From a virus (taxonomy: Duplodnaviria; Caudoviricetes), in IMG/VR virus record IMGVR_UViG_3300037440_000749, positions 1 through 63,794 of that record: 63,794 nt of DNA, one strand, 5' to 3'. Position numbers and translations under genes: made by a program. Shown here in pieces: positions 37,461 to 48,185 of the stretch (position 1 is the first letter of the stretch; each line of letters begins with the position of its first letter). The notes under the pieces are model-generated. The model searched no databases. It had not been told where the DNA came from and was given only the letters and a program-made list of their open reading frames with translations.

Positions 37461-39659
37461 ATCCCTAGGTTACCATTCGACATTGCCAACGCGCCACTCA
37501 ACTTGCAGGGCCAACCGCGCGGCGTGGTGCCGATTCCGGTGGAGCGCACGCCGCTCATTTCCCCGGACGCCGCCGGGGCTGTCGGGACGGCCATTGCGCG
37601 CCTGGGCGGCAGTCTGCAGCACGCCGGCGGCAGTCTCCTCGAGGCCCAGGCCATACAAGTGCGCGGGCAAGAACTGGAGGCGCAACGACGCAAGGCGCAG
37701 GACGTGCTGGACGGCGAAACGGCGATTCAGGACTACAAGCCTGCGCTCGATAAATGGTATGACGCCCTCCGGCGCGAAGGCAATCCGAGCACGCTCCCAG
37801 AAGACCTGGAAGCGCGGGGGAAAGACCTCATCTTTCAGCACGGCGAGCCCCTCACCCCCGGCGCCCGCCAACGCTTCGAGGCGCAGGCCAACGCCTATGT
37901 GGGGATACTCACCGGCAAGGCGCGAGACGCCCGCTTTGAAGCCCAGGAAGCGCAGAAGCAGGTCTTGACGCTGCACAGCATCCGGCATTATACCCAGGCG
38001 ATGACCGAAGCGACTGACCCTGCCGAGCGACAATTCTACCGCACCCAGGCAGAACAATTGCTGACAGATGGGACGATTGTAAACCTCATTACCCCTGGCG
38101 AAGCCGACAAATTCTTGCAGGCGCTGGATATCAATGTGCGACGCGAAGACTTGCGCCGCGACATACGCCTTGACCCTCTTGGCAAGCTGGAAGAACTCTT
38201 ACACGCTTCCGCAGCGGGCATGACCACCTTGGCTGGACGGCCGATGGCCGAGTGGATTGACGAAACGCGAACCGAAGCCCGCGAGCAATTCACGGACGCC
38301 CAAACGCACGACCTTGTGCAGCGCCGCGAGCGCGATCTGCGCAGCGCCAATCGTCGCGTCGGGCTCCTGGAATTGAGCATTCAGCACGCGGATAACGCGG
38401 GGATCCTTCGAGAACTGCAAACGCTTGGCCGCACAGACCGGCAGAACGGCATCCTCGTTTCGAGTGATGCCGAGGCCGTCCAGCAGACCCTCTATGAGCG
38501 ACTCCGCTCCCTGGAAGCCGACACGCACCAAGCCAGAAACACCACCGACCCGGCCATGCTTCAGGAATACTTTGCTTTACTCCTGGACAATCCGCCTGCT
38601 GCACGAGAATTTGTCGCCGCCCATGCCGGCCAGGGCATCAGTGTCAGCGCCGCGCCAGGATTCTTTGCCTCAGCCGGCCAGGCGACCGATGAGCGGCACT
38701 GGCGCAATCTGGCCGAGACGAAAGACGCGATTGCCTTTGTGCAAGGCGAACTCAGCACCAGCGGCAACCCGATCATTGATCTGTTTGAGAGTACGACCAT
38801 TAGCAGCGTGCGCGCCCAAGCCATCAATGACCTGCTGCTTGGCACACAAACCCTGGCAGGGCGGGACGGCCTGGGGGCTGAGGCGGTACGGGAAGGCTTG
38901 CCGGCATTACGAGACGAGATCGTGCGGAGCGCCAAGAGTCGCCTCCAGACGTCGCTGGACCAGAAAGGCTCACAACTGGGGGTCCCACAGGTGCCAACGA
39001 TTACCGACGCGGCAAGGCGCTGGCATACGATGGTGTCGCAGGGCATCTCCCTCCACGAAGCCAATCGCTGGCTGGGGCTGGAACTCATTCGACACGGCAC
39101 CGCACGGCCTGAAGGGATGACGTCCGCCGAGAAAGCCGCTGCGGATAACGTGGAATTGCAGCAAGCGTTACGTGCGTTGCCGCCCCTGCAACCGGCACGG
39201 CCCCCACGGCAGACGACCCCCCCGACGTCGCAACTACTCCCAGCAGAGATCGAGACGGAGATCGACACGGTGGCGACAACACACCACGTTGACCCAGCGC
39301 TAGTCAGGGCCGTGATTCAGGTGGAGTCCAGCGGCAATCCCCATGCCGTCTCTCCAGCGCCTGACCGAGCCAAAGGGCTGATGCAACTCATGGACGCCAC
39401 GGCCGCCGCCTATGGCGTCACGGACCCCTTTGACACACGCCAAAACCTTCAGGGGGGTATCCGCTATCTGGCGGACTTGCAACGCAAATACCCCGGACGC
39501 CTGGACGTGCAACTGGCCGCCTATAACGCCGGAGAACCCGCAGTGGATCGCTATGGGGGCATCCCGCCGTATCCAGAGACCCAGGCCTATGTGCAAAAGG
39601 TGCTCGCCCTGTATCAAGGCCAGCAAGGCGAAGACCCTCAACCGGAAGGACCGCGCTAG
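37461..39659 (+). CDS. Ejection protein (gp15-like) with C-terminal lytic transglycosylase; start uncertain
   Basis: AVIQVES, GLMQLM, AAYNAG, ETQAYV SLT motifs; no in-frame ATG near the 5' end (ATC 37461 or TTG 37503). Confidence 0.88.
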   Translation: MPRLPFDIANAPLNLQGQPRGVVPIPVERTPLISPDAAGAVGTAIARLGGSLQHAGGSLLEAQAIQVRGQELEAQRRKAQDVLDGETAIQDYKPALDKWYDALRREGNPSTLPEDLEARGKDLIFQHGEPLTPGARQRFEAQANAYVGILTGKARDARFEAQEAQKQVLTLHSIRHYTQAMTEATDPAERQFYRTQAEQLLTDGTIVNLITPGEADKFLQALDINVRREDLRRDIRLDPLGKLEELLHASAAGMTTLAGRPMAEWIDETRTEAREQFTDAQTHDLVQRRERDLRSANRRVGLLELSIQHADNAGILRELQTLGRTDRQNGILVSSDAEAVQQTLYERLRSLEADTHQARNTTDPAMLQEYFALLLDNPPAAREFVAAHAGQGISVSAAPGFFASAGQATDERHWRNLAETKDAIAFVQGELSTSGNPIIDLFESTTISSVRAQAINDLLLGTQTLAGRDGLGAEAVREGLPALRDEIVRSAKSRLQTSLDQKGSQLGVPQVPTITDAARRWHTMVSQGISLHEANRWLGLELIRHGTARPEGMTSAEKAAADNVELQQALRALPPLQPARPPRQTTPPTSQLLPAEIETEIDTVATTHHVDPALVRAVIQVESSGNPHAVSPAPDRAKGLMQLMDATAAAYGVTDPFDTRQNLQGGIRYLADLQRKYPGRLDVQLAAYNAGEPAVDRYGGIPPYPETQAYVQKVLALYQGQQGEDPQPEGPR

Positions 39660-42600
39660 ATGGCTGAAGCACTCACCCAAGACGCCCTTGACTCTGGGCA
39701 GGACGACACAAGCGCCACAGCGGTGATCACAGACGACGCGCCAGAGGTGCCTGCCGCTCCGCCGGCCGCCCAGGAACCGCCTGCGCCTGTTCCGTCACCC
39801 CAGGCCATGACCAGTGACGATTTGGTGCAAGGCATGCTGGCCTCTGGGGCGATCCAAAATCCTCATGTCGGCTATGCGCACCAGATGCTCAGAGCCGCCG
39901 GCTATGCACCCGATGGCAGTCCGCTGCCCCAGGGCACGGCAACAGCACTGCCCAGTCGGGAACAGAGGCAGCAGGCGGGGGTCCAGGTTGAACCCGCACC
40001 CCAGGACGACGCCCCACCAGGGCCACCCGTACGCGGCACAGGCGAACGCCTCCTGCGTCTGCCGCTCATGGTCATTCGTGCGCCCATGGATGCTGCCGCC
40101 AATATGGTCACGCAACTGGATAACCTGCGGGCGGCCACCATGGCACAGATTGGGAACACTTTTGGCCCGGCCTTTCAGGAGGCATTTGGCTACCTGTCCG
40201 GGGTATCGCCGGATATTGCGGACCCCGCCGGTGAGCAACCGCTGGGCTTTGGTGAGCAACTGGAGACGCTCGTTGATGCGGTGCTGGCGCAGCCCGAGAC
40301 CGGCCTGGAAAAGGGCGTGCATGACGTGGCAATGTTCCTGACCGCCATGGTCCCTGCCGTCAAGGGCCTGCAAGCCGCTGGCCTGGGAATGAGGGGGAGT
40401 CTCATTGCAGGATCGAGCGTGAGCGAGTTTTTCGCGCTGGACCCCCATGCACCGTCGGTTCTTGACGCCGTCCACACCTGGCTCCCCGTGGAATGGCAAC
40501 AATTCATCAAAAACTACATCAAAGACCCGGCGCCAGACGACCAGGCCGCACAGCATTTCCGCACGGCCTTAGAGCAGAGCGGTTTTCGCGCGCTCTTTGA
40601 TGGCATTGTCCTTGGCGCCTTGTTTGAAGGGCTCATCAGCACCAGTGCGCTCCTACGGCATGGGCATAAGTCACAGCGTGTGGCGGGAGAACTCCCGCAA
40701 TTCAGCGACCAAACGCTCGCCGAAGTCGCGGCACAACGGCAACGCCCGACGCAAGTGCTTGACGCGGAGTTTGCCGACATTGGTCGGCCGCAACTCCAGC
40801 ACGCCGCCCGCGAAGGCGCCGACCCGACCCAAGCTGGGCGACTGCTGCCGCCTCGGGCGGGAGAAACCGGCAGGGCCGGGCGTCCGACGATTGAAGCCTT
40901 CCCCTCAGTGGAACGTGCGCCCATTCAGGCCGCAACGCAAGCGGCGCTGCCCGCTGGCCGTCCGGTGCTGGCCCTCCCGCAAGGCGTCACTCCCGCGCAA
41001 GCGGTGGAGGAACTGTACACCATTCTGCGTCAGGGATCAGGCCGGGTGAGTACGCCCGATGTGCAAGCCGCCATCCCCATACTCGCGCGGAAGTTTGGCC
41101 GCTCTGACGAGGAAGTCCTGCAAATGCTGCGCCTGGGGGAACGCCTGGAAACATTCAAAACCCAAGGCTTCCGGCGGGTGCCCCTGGAAAGCCCCAGCGC
41201 AACGTTTACCAGCGCCGAAGGCGAAATCATGGCGGCCACCGCCTACTTTCGCAAGCAAGGGTTGCCAGAAGGCACCATCCCCAGTCTGGTGGCGTTGGTC
41301 GGCCTGGCGGGTGGGGCAGGCGCCGCAGCGTTCTTTGGTGACGATCCAGACCTCACCGGCGTGCAAGCCGAACTGCGCGAAGCCGGAATAGGGGCGGCTG
41401 CGGCCAGAGGGCTCGCTCGATTACTCAAGTCACTCGGGCAGGGGCTCGATGACGCCACAGAAGAAGTCACCAAGCGCCGCGCGGCATCCAGTGCCGCTGC
41501 AGAACGCGGCGGACGGCGCTTAGTCCATGACCCTGCGACGCTGGAAGAGCCGGTGCAGGCCACTACAGAAACGGCCGGCAAGACGGCCAGTGAAGGCAGC
41601 GGTGTGCCAGCCAGTGAAGCCGCCAAAGCCGCGACGTTGTTGGACACCGCCGAGCCGATCACGATTCACGGCGTCCGCAAGGATATCCCCTTTCACAAGC
41701 TGGATACTGACGAGGATGTGCAGCAGGTCTTGGCGCACATCTCCGACCTCTACGAACCGGCCATTACCGAAGCCCGGCGGCTCGGGACGCCCATGCGTCA
41801 TGAAGCAGCCTTAGCGAAGACCATGGGCATGACGGTTGACGACTTGCATGCCTTTGCCGGGGCGGCCAGCGTGCTCCCCAAAGTGGCCGCCGCCGCCAAT
41901 GAAATGCTCGTCGCCTCTGGCAAACGCCTCACCGCGCTTCGTGACGCGGTCCTTGCTGGTGGCGATCAGGCCGTGCAAGACGAGTACGTAAAACAGTTTG
42001 TCATCCACGGCAAAATCCAACGCTCGGTGGGCGCCATTCGGGCCGAGTCCGGCCGCACGCTGGGCATGTACCGCCTCACCCGGACTGGCGATATCGATTT
42101 GCTCCATCGCCTCAGTGCGGAAGCGCAACGGGTCAGGCGCAAAACTGGCGTCACGGCGCGGCAACTGGCAGAAGCACACAAGACGCTCCCCCCAGAGCAG
42201 GCCACCAAGCTGGCACGGGACATGACGAAGCCCAACGCCAGCGGCGCGCTCATGGAATACTGGATCAATAGCATTCTCTCCAGCCCCAAGACGCTCCTGG
42301 CCAATGTCTCAGGCACCGCCATGGGGCTGATGTTGGCCCCCACTGAGCGCGCGATCACCCGGCAATGGGCACGGGTCACCGGCGCCGATGTCGCCAGCGG
42401 CGAGGCCACCGCCATGCTGTACGGCTATATGAACAGCGTGCAAGATGCCATGCAGCTGTTTTGGACGCTCGCACGGGATGAAAAGACGGGGATCATGGGC
42501 AGCACGCGCCTAGAAGCCCCAAAATACGCGCCCCAGTTTACCGCCGAAGCCTTCAACCTGGATCCGCAGAGCGCCAGCGGCGCGCTCGTGAACACGCTCG

Positions 42601-44102
42601 GCTACTGGATTCGCACGCCGGGTCGGCTCCTGAGCGCCACGGACTCAGCCGCCAAGTTGCTCTTGTACCGGGCCGAACTGGCTGCGCAGGCCACCCGGGA
42701 AGCGTCAAGGCAGAGCGTCCGCCCCGAGCAGTGGGATGCGTTTGTGGCGAAATTCGTCAGCGACCCGCCCGAAGGCGCGATTGTTGAGGCCGCCCACAAA
42801 AGCGAAATCTATACCTTTACCAACGCGCTGAATGATCCCAGCTCGTCGTTTCAGACCCTCCGCATTCTCGGCGAGTCCGTGCAGATGGCCAAGAGCAAAA
42901 GCCCCATGCTGGCTCTGCTGGCCCCGTTCGTCCGCACGCCGGTCAACCTGGCGGTGTTTGGCGCTGAACGGACCCCCGTGCTCAATCTGATGTCGCGGAC
43001 CTTTCAGAAACAACTCCGGAGCGCCGACCCCCTGGTCCGGAGCGAAGCCCTGACCAAGCTCACCATGAGCGGCGGCGTCATGGGACTCATTGCCACCTTG
43101 TCCGCCAGCGGGCTCGTCACCGGATCTGGCCCGCGTGACCCCTATCTGAAGCGGCGGCTCGAAGAGCAAGGCGTCCAGTGGAACGCGATTCGTGTGGGGG
43201 AGAAGTGGGTTGACTTGAATCGGGCTGACCCCCTTGGCATGATGTTTGGGGTGTCGAGCGATCTCGCATCGATTATAGGTGTCGCCGAACAACACGGCAT
43301 TCCTGAGCGCGACATCCAGGCGCTGGCCGGTGGGGCGATCCTGGCCTTTGCCAACATCTTTACCAATCGCACGTACCTACGCGGGGTGGCACAAACTCTG
43401 GACGCCGTGCGCGGCGGCAAATTCGGGGAACAAAAACTTGACGCGGCCACCCGGATCACCGTGGATATGCTGGGCGGCATGGTCCCGAACGTGGTAGCCG
43501 AGATGCGCCGAACCCTCGATCCCGTACGGCGGGAAATGGAGACCGCCATTGACCGGATCAGCAACCGCATTCCTGGCTTGTCGCCCACCCTGGCCCCAGA
43601 CACCAACGATTGGGGCGATCCAGTCCTCTACGGGCATGGGCTCGGCGCTGGCATCGTCAATGGCCTGTACCAGTTCCTCTCCCCCTTTCGCATGACCAAC
43701 GCCACCACCGACCCGGTCTCTAATGCCTTAGCCGACAACGATATTGCCTACGGCGGTCCGTCGAAATTTTTGATGGGGGTAGAACTCACAGCGGCGGAAC
43801 ACAACGCCTACAAGAAACTGTCTGCCGACACGCTGGTGCCCGCCATGGAGCGGCTCATTGCCTCCCCCTCCTGGGAGCGGCTCACCGCTGGCCGGGACGG
43901 CGGCAGAGCCATGCTGTTTGCGCGTATCCGGGATCAAGCCATCCAGCGGGCCCAAGCCCTCCTCTTGCGCGATCCGGCCTATGAGCCGCTCCGCCAGCGG
44001 ATACAGACCTACAACGTGCCGGGACGACTGGTGCAACCCGCGCAAACGGCGCCCCAGGCGCCAACCGGCAGCGCGACAGACCGGCTGCGTATCGCCAACT
44101 AG
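39660..44102 (+). CDS. Large ejection protein (gp16-like)
   Basis: 1480 aa, helical; NSILSSPKT, PFVRTPVN, VTGSGP, R.DP motifs. Confidence 0.85.
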   Translation: MAEALTQDALDSGQDDTSATAVITDDAPEVPAAPPAAQEPPAPVPSPQAMTSDDLVQGMLASGAIQNPHVGYAHQMLRAAGYAPDGSPLPQGTATALPSREQRQQAGVQVEPAPQDDAPPGPPVRGTGERLLRLPLMVIRAPMDAAANMVTQLDNLRAATMAQIGNTFGPAFQEAFGYLSGVSPDIADPAGEQPLGFGEQLETLVDAVLAQPETGLEKGVHDVAMFLTAMVPAVKGLQAAGLGMRGSLIAGSSVSEFFALDPHAPSVLDAVHTWLPVEWQQFIKNYIKDPAPDDQAAQHFRTALEQSGFRALFDGIVLGALFEGLISTSALLRHGHKSQRVAGELPQFSDQTLAEVAAQRQRPTQVLDAEFADIGRPQLQHAAREGADPTQAGRLLPPRAGETGRAGRPTIEAFPSVERAPIQAATQAALPAGRPVLALPQGVTPAQAVEELYTILRQGSGRVSTPDVQAAIPILARKFGRSDEEVLQMLRLGERLETFKTQGFRRVPLESPSATFTSAEGEIMAATAYFRKQGLPEGTIPSLVALVGLAGGAGAAAFFGDDPDLTGVQAELREAGIGAAAARGLARLLKSLGQGLDDATEEVTKRRAASSAAAERGGRRLVHDPATLEEPVQATTETAGKTASEGSGVPASEAAKAATLLDTAEPITIHGVRKDIPFHKLDTDEDVQQVLAHISDLYEPAITEARRLGTPMRHEAALAKTMGMTVDDLHAFAGAASVLPKVAAAANEMLVASGKRLTALRDAVLAGGDQAVQDEYVKQFVIHGKIQRSVGAIRAESGRTLGMYRLTRTGDIDLLHRLSAEAQRVRRKTGVTARQLAEAHKTLPPEQATKLARDMTKPNASGALMEYWINSILSSPKTLLANVSGTAMGLMLAPTERAITRQWARVTGADVASGEATAMLYGYMNSVQDAMQLFWTLARDEKTGIMGSTRLEAPKYAPQFTAEAFNLDPQSASGALVNTLGYWIRTPGRLLSATDSAAKLLLYRAELAAQATREASRQSVRPEQWDAFVAKFVSDPPEGAIVEAAHKSEIYTFTNALNDPSSSFQTLRILGESVQMAKSKSPMLALLAPFVRTPVNLAVFGAERTPVLNLMSRTFQKQLRSADPLVRSEALTKLTMSGGVMGLIATLSASGLVTGSGPRDPYLKRRLEEQGVQWNAIRVGEKWVDLNRADPLGMMFGVSSDLASIIGVAEQHGIPERDIQALAGGAILAFANIFTNRTYLRGVAQTLDAVRGGKFGEQKLDAATRITVDMLGGMVPNVVAEMRRTLDPVRREMETAIDRISNRIPGLSPTLAPDTNDWGDPVLYGHGLGAGIVNGLYQFLSPFRMTNATTDPVSNALADNDIAYGGPSKFLMGVELTAAEHNAYKKLSADTLVPAMERLIASPSWERLTAGRDGGRAMLFARIRDQAIQRAQALLLRDPAYEPLRQRIQTYNVPGRLVQPAQTAPQAPTGSATDRLRIAN

Positions 44103-44239
44103 AGCGCCGTGAAGAGCGATTGGATGAGCAACATGACACATAGAATCGCAATAATCAGGATCGCCCGGGCAATCTTTTGTAGGGCACGAACCACGATAGG
44201 CATACGCACTCCTGAGAGGATGAGGCCATGACCGTTGTG

Positions 44240-44923
44240 TTATGCGACATGTTTCCAGGTCTTGTATTGCACAAGACAGCGAACAGTGGCTTTGCGGACA
44301 TTAAAGGCATGGGCAAGAGATCGAAGCGTTTCTCCCTCACGAAAAAGACGGCGGATGACAACAACATTCGCCTCAGTCAGTTTCGCAAGATGACTTCGCG
44401 ACCCATGCGCCATCCGTTGTTGTTGCGCGGCGTGCTGAGTGTTGGCTTTTGGAGTCCCAAGAAACAGATGGAGCGGGTTCACGCACCGACGATTATTACA
44501 CCAGTGACAGACAAACATGTCTTGAGGAATCACAGTGTTATGCCAATCTTCAAAGGCAAAGCGATGCGCCCTAACCGGATGACCAGGCGCTTTATGAAAT
44601 TGACCATACCCGCTCTGAAGCACATTCGCTTGCCACTCCCAACAGCAATACAGACACGTACCGTGAGCGCAGCGCGTGACATAACGCCAAAAACGCGACG
44701 AAGGGACGCAGAACGCCGTTCGACACGTTGCCGAACAGCATTGTTGTGTTCGGCGAGAGGCATGATACTGCATGCCGCAGTGCTGGCATACATAGTCAAA
44801 AAACAACGTGCGGAAAAGATTATGGCATTGAGGTGAACAAAACTTTGCACGGCCCCGGTTCACATCTGCGGGGTTCGCAAGAAAGGACTGCTGGCAATGG
44901 TGACATGTTCTCATAACAGGCAT
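44240..44923 (-). CDS. Free-standing HNH homing endonuclease (HNH_3 type) with zinc-ribbon N-terminus
   Basis: [25 protein letters not shown]...N, AKLT HTH tail; GGAGGT RBS. Confidence 0.92.
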   Translation of the reverse strand: MPVMRTCHHCQQSFLANPADVNRGRAKFCSPQCHNLFRTLFFDYVCQHCGMQYHASRRTQQCCSATCRTAFCVPSSRFWRYVTRCAHGTCLYCCWEWQANVLQSGYGQFHKAPGHPVRAHRFAFEDWHNTVIPQDMFVCHWCNNRRCVNPLHLFLGTPKANTQHAAQQQRMAHGSRSHLAKLTEANVVVIRRLFREGETLRSLAHAFNVRKATVRCLVQYKTWKHVA

Positions 44924-44963
44924 GATGGCAACCTCCGTTCGTTGACAGCCGTGAAGGTGAAGG

Positions 44964-45025
44964 TGCGGCAACCCTGCACGGAATCAGGGTGTTCGTGCTG
45001 GGTCATGACCCCAGCACTAGCCGCA
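44964..45025 (-). ncRNA. Putative three-way-junction RNA leader of the HNH gene
   Basis: Stems TGCGGC/GCCGCA, ACCCTG/CAGGGT, GTGCTGGG/CCCAGCAC; TGnTATACT -10 at 45039-45031. Confidence 0.5.
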
Positions 45026-45040
45026 GAAGGAGTATAGCAC

Positions 45041-45943
45041 ATGGTCATGTTTTCGAACAGCAATCCCGTCATTTATGCTGGTGACGGCGCCAAGACGACG
45101 TTTCCGCACCCCTGGTATCTGCTCGACACCAGTCATCTCATTGTCCAAATTATCAGCAACGATGGCACGGAATCGATCCCAGCTTTGGGCGTGGATTTCA
45201 CGGTAGCCCCCGCCCCGCCTGCCCTGGGTGGGACCATCACGTTTCTGTCGCACGCCATTCCCCAGAGCGGGGAGAACGTCATGCTGGCCCGCCGCCTCCT
45301 CCCGGAACAACCCACCAGTCTGCCGGTCACCAGCTACATCGATCTGCCCACCATTGAGCTAGCGCTGGACCGGCTTTCCATGGTGGACGATACGCAGGAA
45401 GAAGCCCTCAGCCGGCGACCCGCCTTCCGCTTCAGCTCGCTCAACAATATCCGCAATATGGTGATTCCGCAACCCGTGGCCCTCAAGCTGCTCCAGTTTA
45501 ATGCCACGGCGGATGGCCTGTCCTTAGTGGACCCGGCAATCATCACCGCCACGCCCAGCGCGGTTTCTCAGCTCGTCTATACCCAGGGCAGCGTCAGCGT
45601 GACCCCCGACGCCAGCGATATTGAGGAAGTCGCCAGCGCCTTTGTGCCCGCCGGCATTATTCTGCTGGGTGTCGTCGCCTATGTGCTGACCACCCTCGGC
45701 GACGCCAACGGCCTCACCACCTGGAGCCTCGGCACCAACGCTAACCGCAGCAAATGGGGCAGCGGCCATGCCCGCACCGCCCTGACCCAGACCAACGCCG
45801 GGCAGTTTCTCGGCTATCAGGGCGGCGAGCCCGTGCCCACTGCGCTGGATGTCGTGCTCACCGCCGACGCCGGCGCCTTCGAGGATGGTGAGGTCATTCT
45901 GACCTACACGGGCTTTGCCATCAGCCCGGCAGTCTCTGTATAG
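45041..45943 (+). CDS. Tail fibre adaptor (T7 gp17 N-terminal-like)
   Basis: YAGDGAKTTF, GGTITF, IELALDRL motifs. Confidence 0.85.
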   Translation: MVMFSNSNPVIYAGDGAKTTFPHPWYLLDTSHLIVQIISNDGTESIPALGVDFTVAPAPPALGGTITFLSHAIPQSGENVMLARRLLPEQPTSLPVTSYIDLPTIELALDRLSMVDDTQEEALSRRPAFRFSSLNNIRNMVIPQPVALKLLQFNATADGLSLVDPAIITATPSAVSQLVYTQGSVSVTPDASDIEEVASAFVPAGIILLGVVAYVLTTLGDANGLTTWSLGTNANRSKWGSGHARTALTQTNAGQFLGYQGGEPVPTALDVVLTADAGAFEDGEVILTYTGFAISPAVSV

Positions 45944-45958
45944 CATAAAGGACCAACT

Positions 45959-48175
45959 ATGACTCGCGTATTCACGTCTCTGCTGGCCGCCCTGCTCCTC
46001 CTCACCGGCATAGCCCAGGGCGCCACCAATTTCGGCAGCGCTACCGTCACCGAAGAACTGCAACAGCAGCTCGGCGCCGGGCAAAGCTCGTACCTCTGGG
46101 ACGGCTGTCAGCCTGCCGTGCCCGTTTCCTCTCTGACCATGACCAGCCTCACCTGCAAAGCGCTGGTGCAGGACAGCAGTTCGCCCCCCCGGCAAATCCC
46201 CGTCGTGCAAGGGACCATTGCCCTCACCCTGCCTGCCGTTGATGGCACCTACTGGATTGCCCTGACCATTGCCGATCTCGGCAGCCCCGGCGGCAGTTGG
46301 AGTCGCGAAAGTAACAAGCGCACGCACTTTACCTACCAGCTCAGCGCCAGCCATCCTGCCGAGCCCAGTGACGGCATGATCGTCGCCAAGGTCACCGTCG
46401 CCAGCAGCATCATTAGCGAGGTCGATCTGTACGGCATGCGGGTCATCACCGGCCCCCTGACGATTAGCGCCTCGCAGGACTGGTACGGCCTGGCGGTGAT
46501 TCAACCGCGTGGCAAGATTACCGTCGCCAGCGGCATCACGCTGACCTTGCACACCTGCCCCGATGCCAGCCCAGGCCAGCAGATTTTCGACGCCGATAAT
46601 GTCACCACCGGGCTGGCCGTGCTCAACTGTGACACCATCTGGGTCGACTGGTACGGCGTCATGGGCGATGATGCGACGGATGGAGAAGTGCCGCTGGAGG
46701 GGCTGTGCGCCACTTTCAGCACCCTCAAAACCAGCTACCCCAAGCCCCGCCACATTCGCTTTCGTAGTGGCTCGACCTACCGCTTGGGGAATGTCGCCTG
46801 TCAAATCCCTGACGGCGTGCCGAACACCCTCTTTACCGTCGATCTCGGCAGCAGCATGATCAAGGCGACTGAGGCCGGGATTCTTTTCGATTTTAACCCG
46901 ATAGGCGATTGTACGACCACGCCGTTCTACACCAATGCCCTGCGCTTCTTCCGCCTGGTGGGCAACTCGGCGGTGATCGACGGCGATGCGATCACCGGCG
47001 CCCTGGACGTGACGGCCGTCAAGCTCTACGTGACGCGGGATGTGCGCGTGAGTGGCATAGTCTTTCGCGATCTGAAACTCGGTGTCCAGGGATGCTTCCA
47101 GGACAATACGTTATTTCAGTACAATCGCTTTATCAACGTGATTAACGGCATTGTCCAGCTCAACGACTGGCCGGAAGATCCGAGCTGGAATGTGAGCAAT
47201 GCTGCCAACGGGTTCACCACCTCCCAGTTTTTCCAGAATACCTTCAATCTCACACCCGATGTTGCCGAGCGGGCCATTCATATTGAAGGCGCGACCTCGG
47301 CCCTGTTTCAGAATAATGTGTATGCGGGGAAGGGGACCGATGGGGTGCTTTGCCACGTCTTGCTCAACAATACGCACACCATCCAAACCGCCCAGGGCAC
47401 CATGTTTATCCGCGAGCACCACGAAGCGCTGTCCAATGAGGGCCGCTACCTGTGCCTCAACGATACCGGCGGCATGGGCTGGGATGCGCCGGTGGTTATC
47501 GGCGGGCACTGGGAGTTCCCGACCGCGTGCAACGACGATTGCACCGCCATTGTCGTCAATAATGCCACGGGCCTGGTCATCGAGGGCCTGGCGGTCAGCT
47601 GCTCGGCCGGCACCAATATGGTCACCGTGCGCCTGCGGAACAGCACGACCAACGCGGTCATCGGCGCCAATGATTTTGACAAAGACTGCACCCCGGTCGA
47701 CTGGGATGGGACCATGGTGCGCGAGGATTTCCAACGCCTGCCGAGTACGGTGTTGTTCGCCACCCCGGTCCGCACCGAAGAGGACAGCACAGGCACCACG
47801 TACTTTGACCGGACGGTCACGCTCTCGGACATGTCGGTGACGTTGGATACCAGCCGAACCAACAATGTCGGGGTGCTCTCCCCGCAGGTCATCCCGCGGC
47901 GCTGGTTGGTGCGCATCGTCTTGACGGACTCAGACTGGAGCATTGGCACCACGGGCAACTACCCCCGCCCGAGCATCATCCTCCGGACGGATGCGACCAA
48001 ATCCACCGTTGCGGACGCCTTTGCGTGCGGTGTCAACGGGATCACCAACGATGACTGGCTGTTCTGCGAGGGCAGTGTGATCCCTGACGCGAATGGCGAT
48101 TTTCTGGTTGTCGTGGACGCCAGCGGCACAAACACCATGCTGGCGGCGATCTATCTTATGGGCTATGAACAATAG
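45959..48175 (+). CDS. Tailspike-like beta-helix protein bearing a signal peptide
   Basis: PGQQIF, VDWYG..GD..TD spike motif, Asn ladders, many Cys; N-terminal signal peptide. Confidence 0.8.
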   Translation: MTRVFTSLLAALLLLTGIAQGATNFGSATVTEELQQQLGAGQSSYLWDGCQPAVPVSSLTMTSLTCKALVQDSSSPPRQIPVVQGTIALTLPAVDGTYWIALTIADLGSPGGSWSRESNKRTHFTYQLSASHPAEPSDGMIVAKVTVASSIISEVDLYGMRVITGPLTISASQDWYGLAVIQPRGKITVASGITLTLHTCPDASPGQQIFDADNVTTGLAVLNCDTIWVDWYGVMGDDATDGEVPLEGLCATFSTLKTSYPKPRHIRFRSGSTYRLGNVACQIPDGVPNTLFTVDLGSSMIKATEAGILFDFNPIGDCTTTPFYTNALRFFRLVGNSAVIDGDAITGALDVTAVKLYVTRDVRVSGIVFRDLKLGVQGCFQDNTLFQYNRFINVINGIVQLNDWPEDPSWNVSNAANGFTTSQFFQNTFNLTPDVAERAIHIEGATSALFQNNVYAGKGTDGVLCHVLLNNTHTIQTAQGTMFIREHHEALSNEGRYLCLNDTGGMGWDAPVVIGGHWEFPTACNDDCTAIVVNNATGLVIEGLAVSCSAGTNMVTVRLRNSTTNAVIGANDFDKDCTPVDWDGTMVREDFQRLPSTVLFATPVRTEEDSTGTTYFDRTVTLSDMSVTLDTSRTNNVGVLSPQVIPRRWLVRIVLTDSDWSIGTTGNYPRPSIILRTDATKSTVADAFACGVNGITNDDWLFCEGSVIPDANGDFLVVVDASGTNTMLAAIYLMGYEQ

Positions 48176-48185
48176 AGGAGGACGT

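Noticed and set aside
44228-44836. Plus-strand 202-aa ORF
   Set aside because: Antisense shadow of the HNH gene with no motifs.
44964-45025. Hammerhead ribozyme or tRNA
   Set aside because: No CUGANGA/GAAA core and no T-loop or anticodon arm.
34949-46804. Long minus-strand ORFs (e.g. 34949-36283, 45524-46804)
   Set aside because: Antisense shadows of well-supported structural genes in GC-rich DNA.
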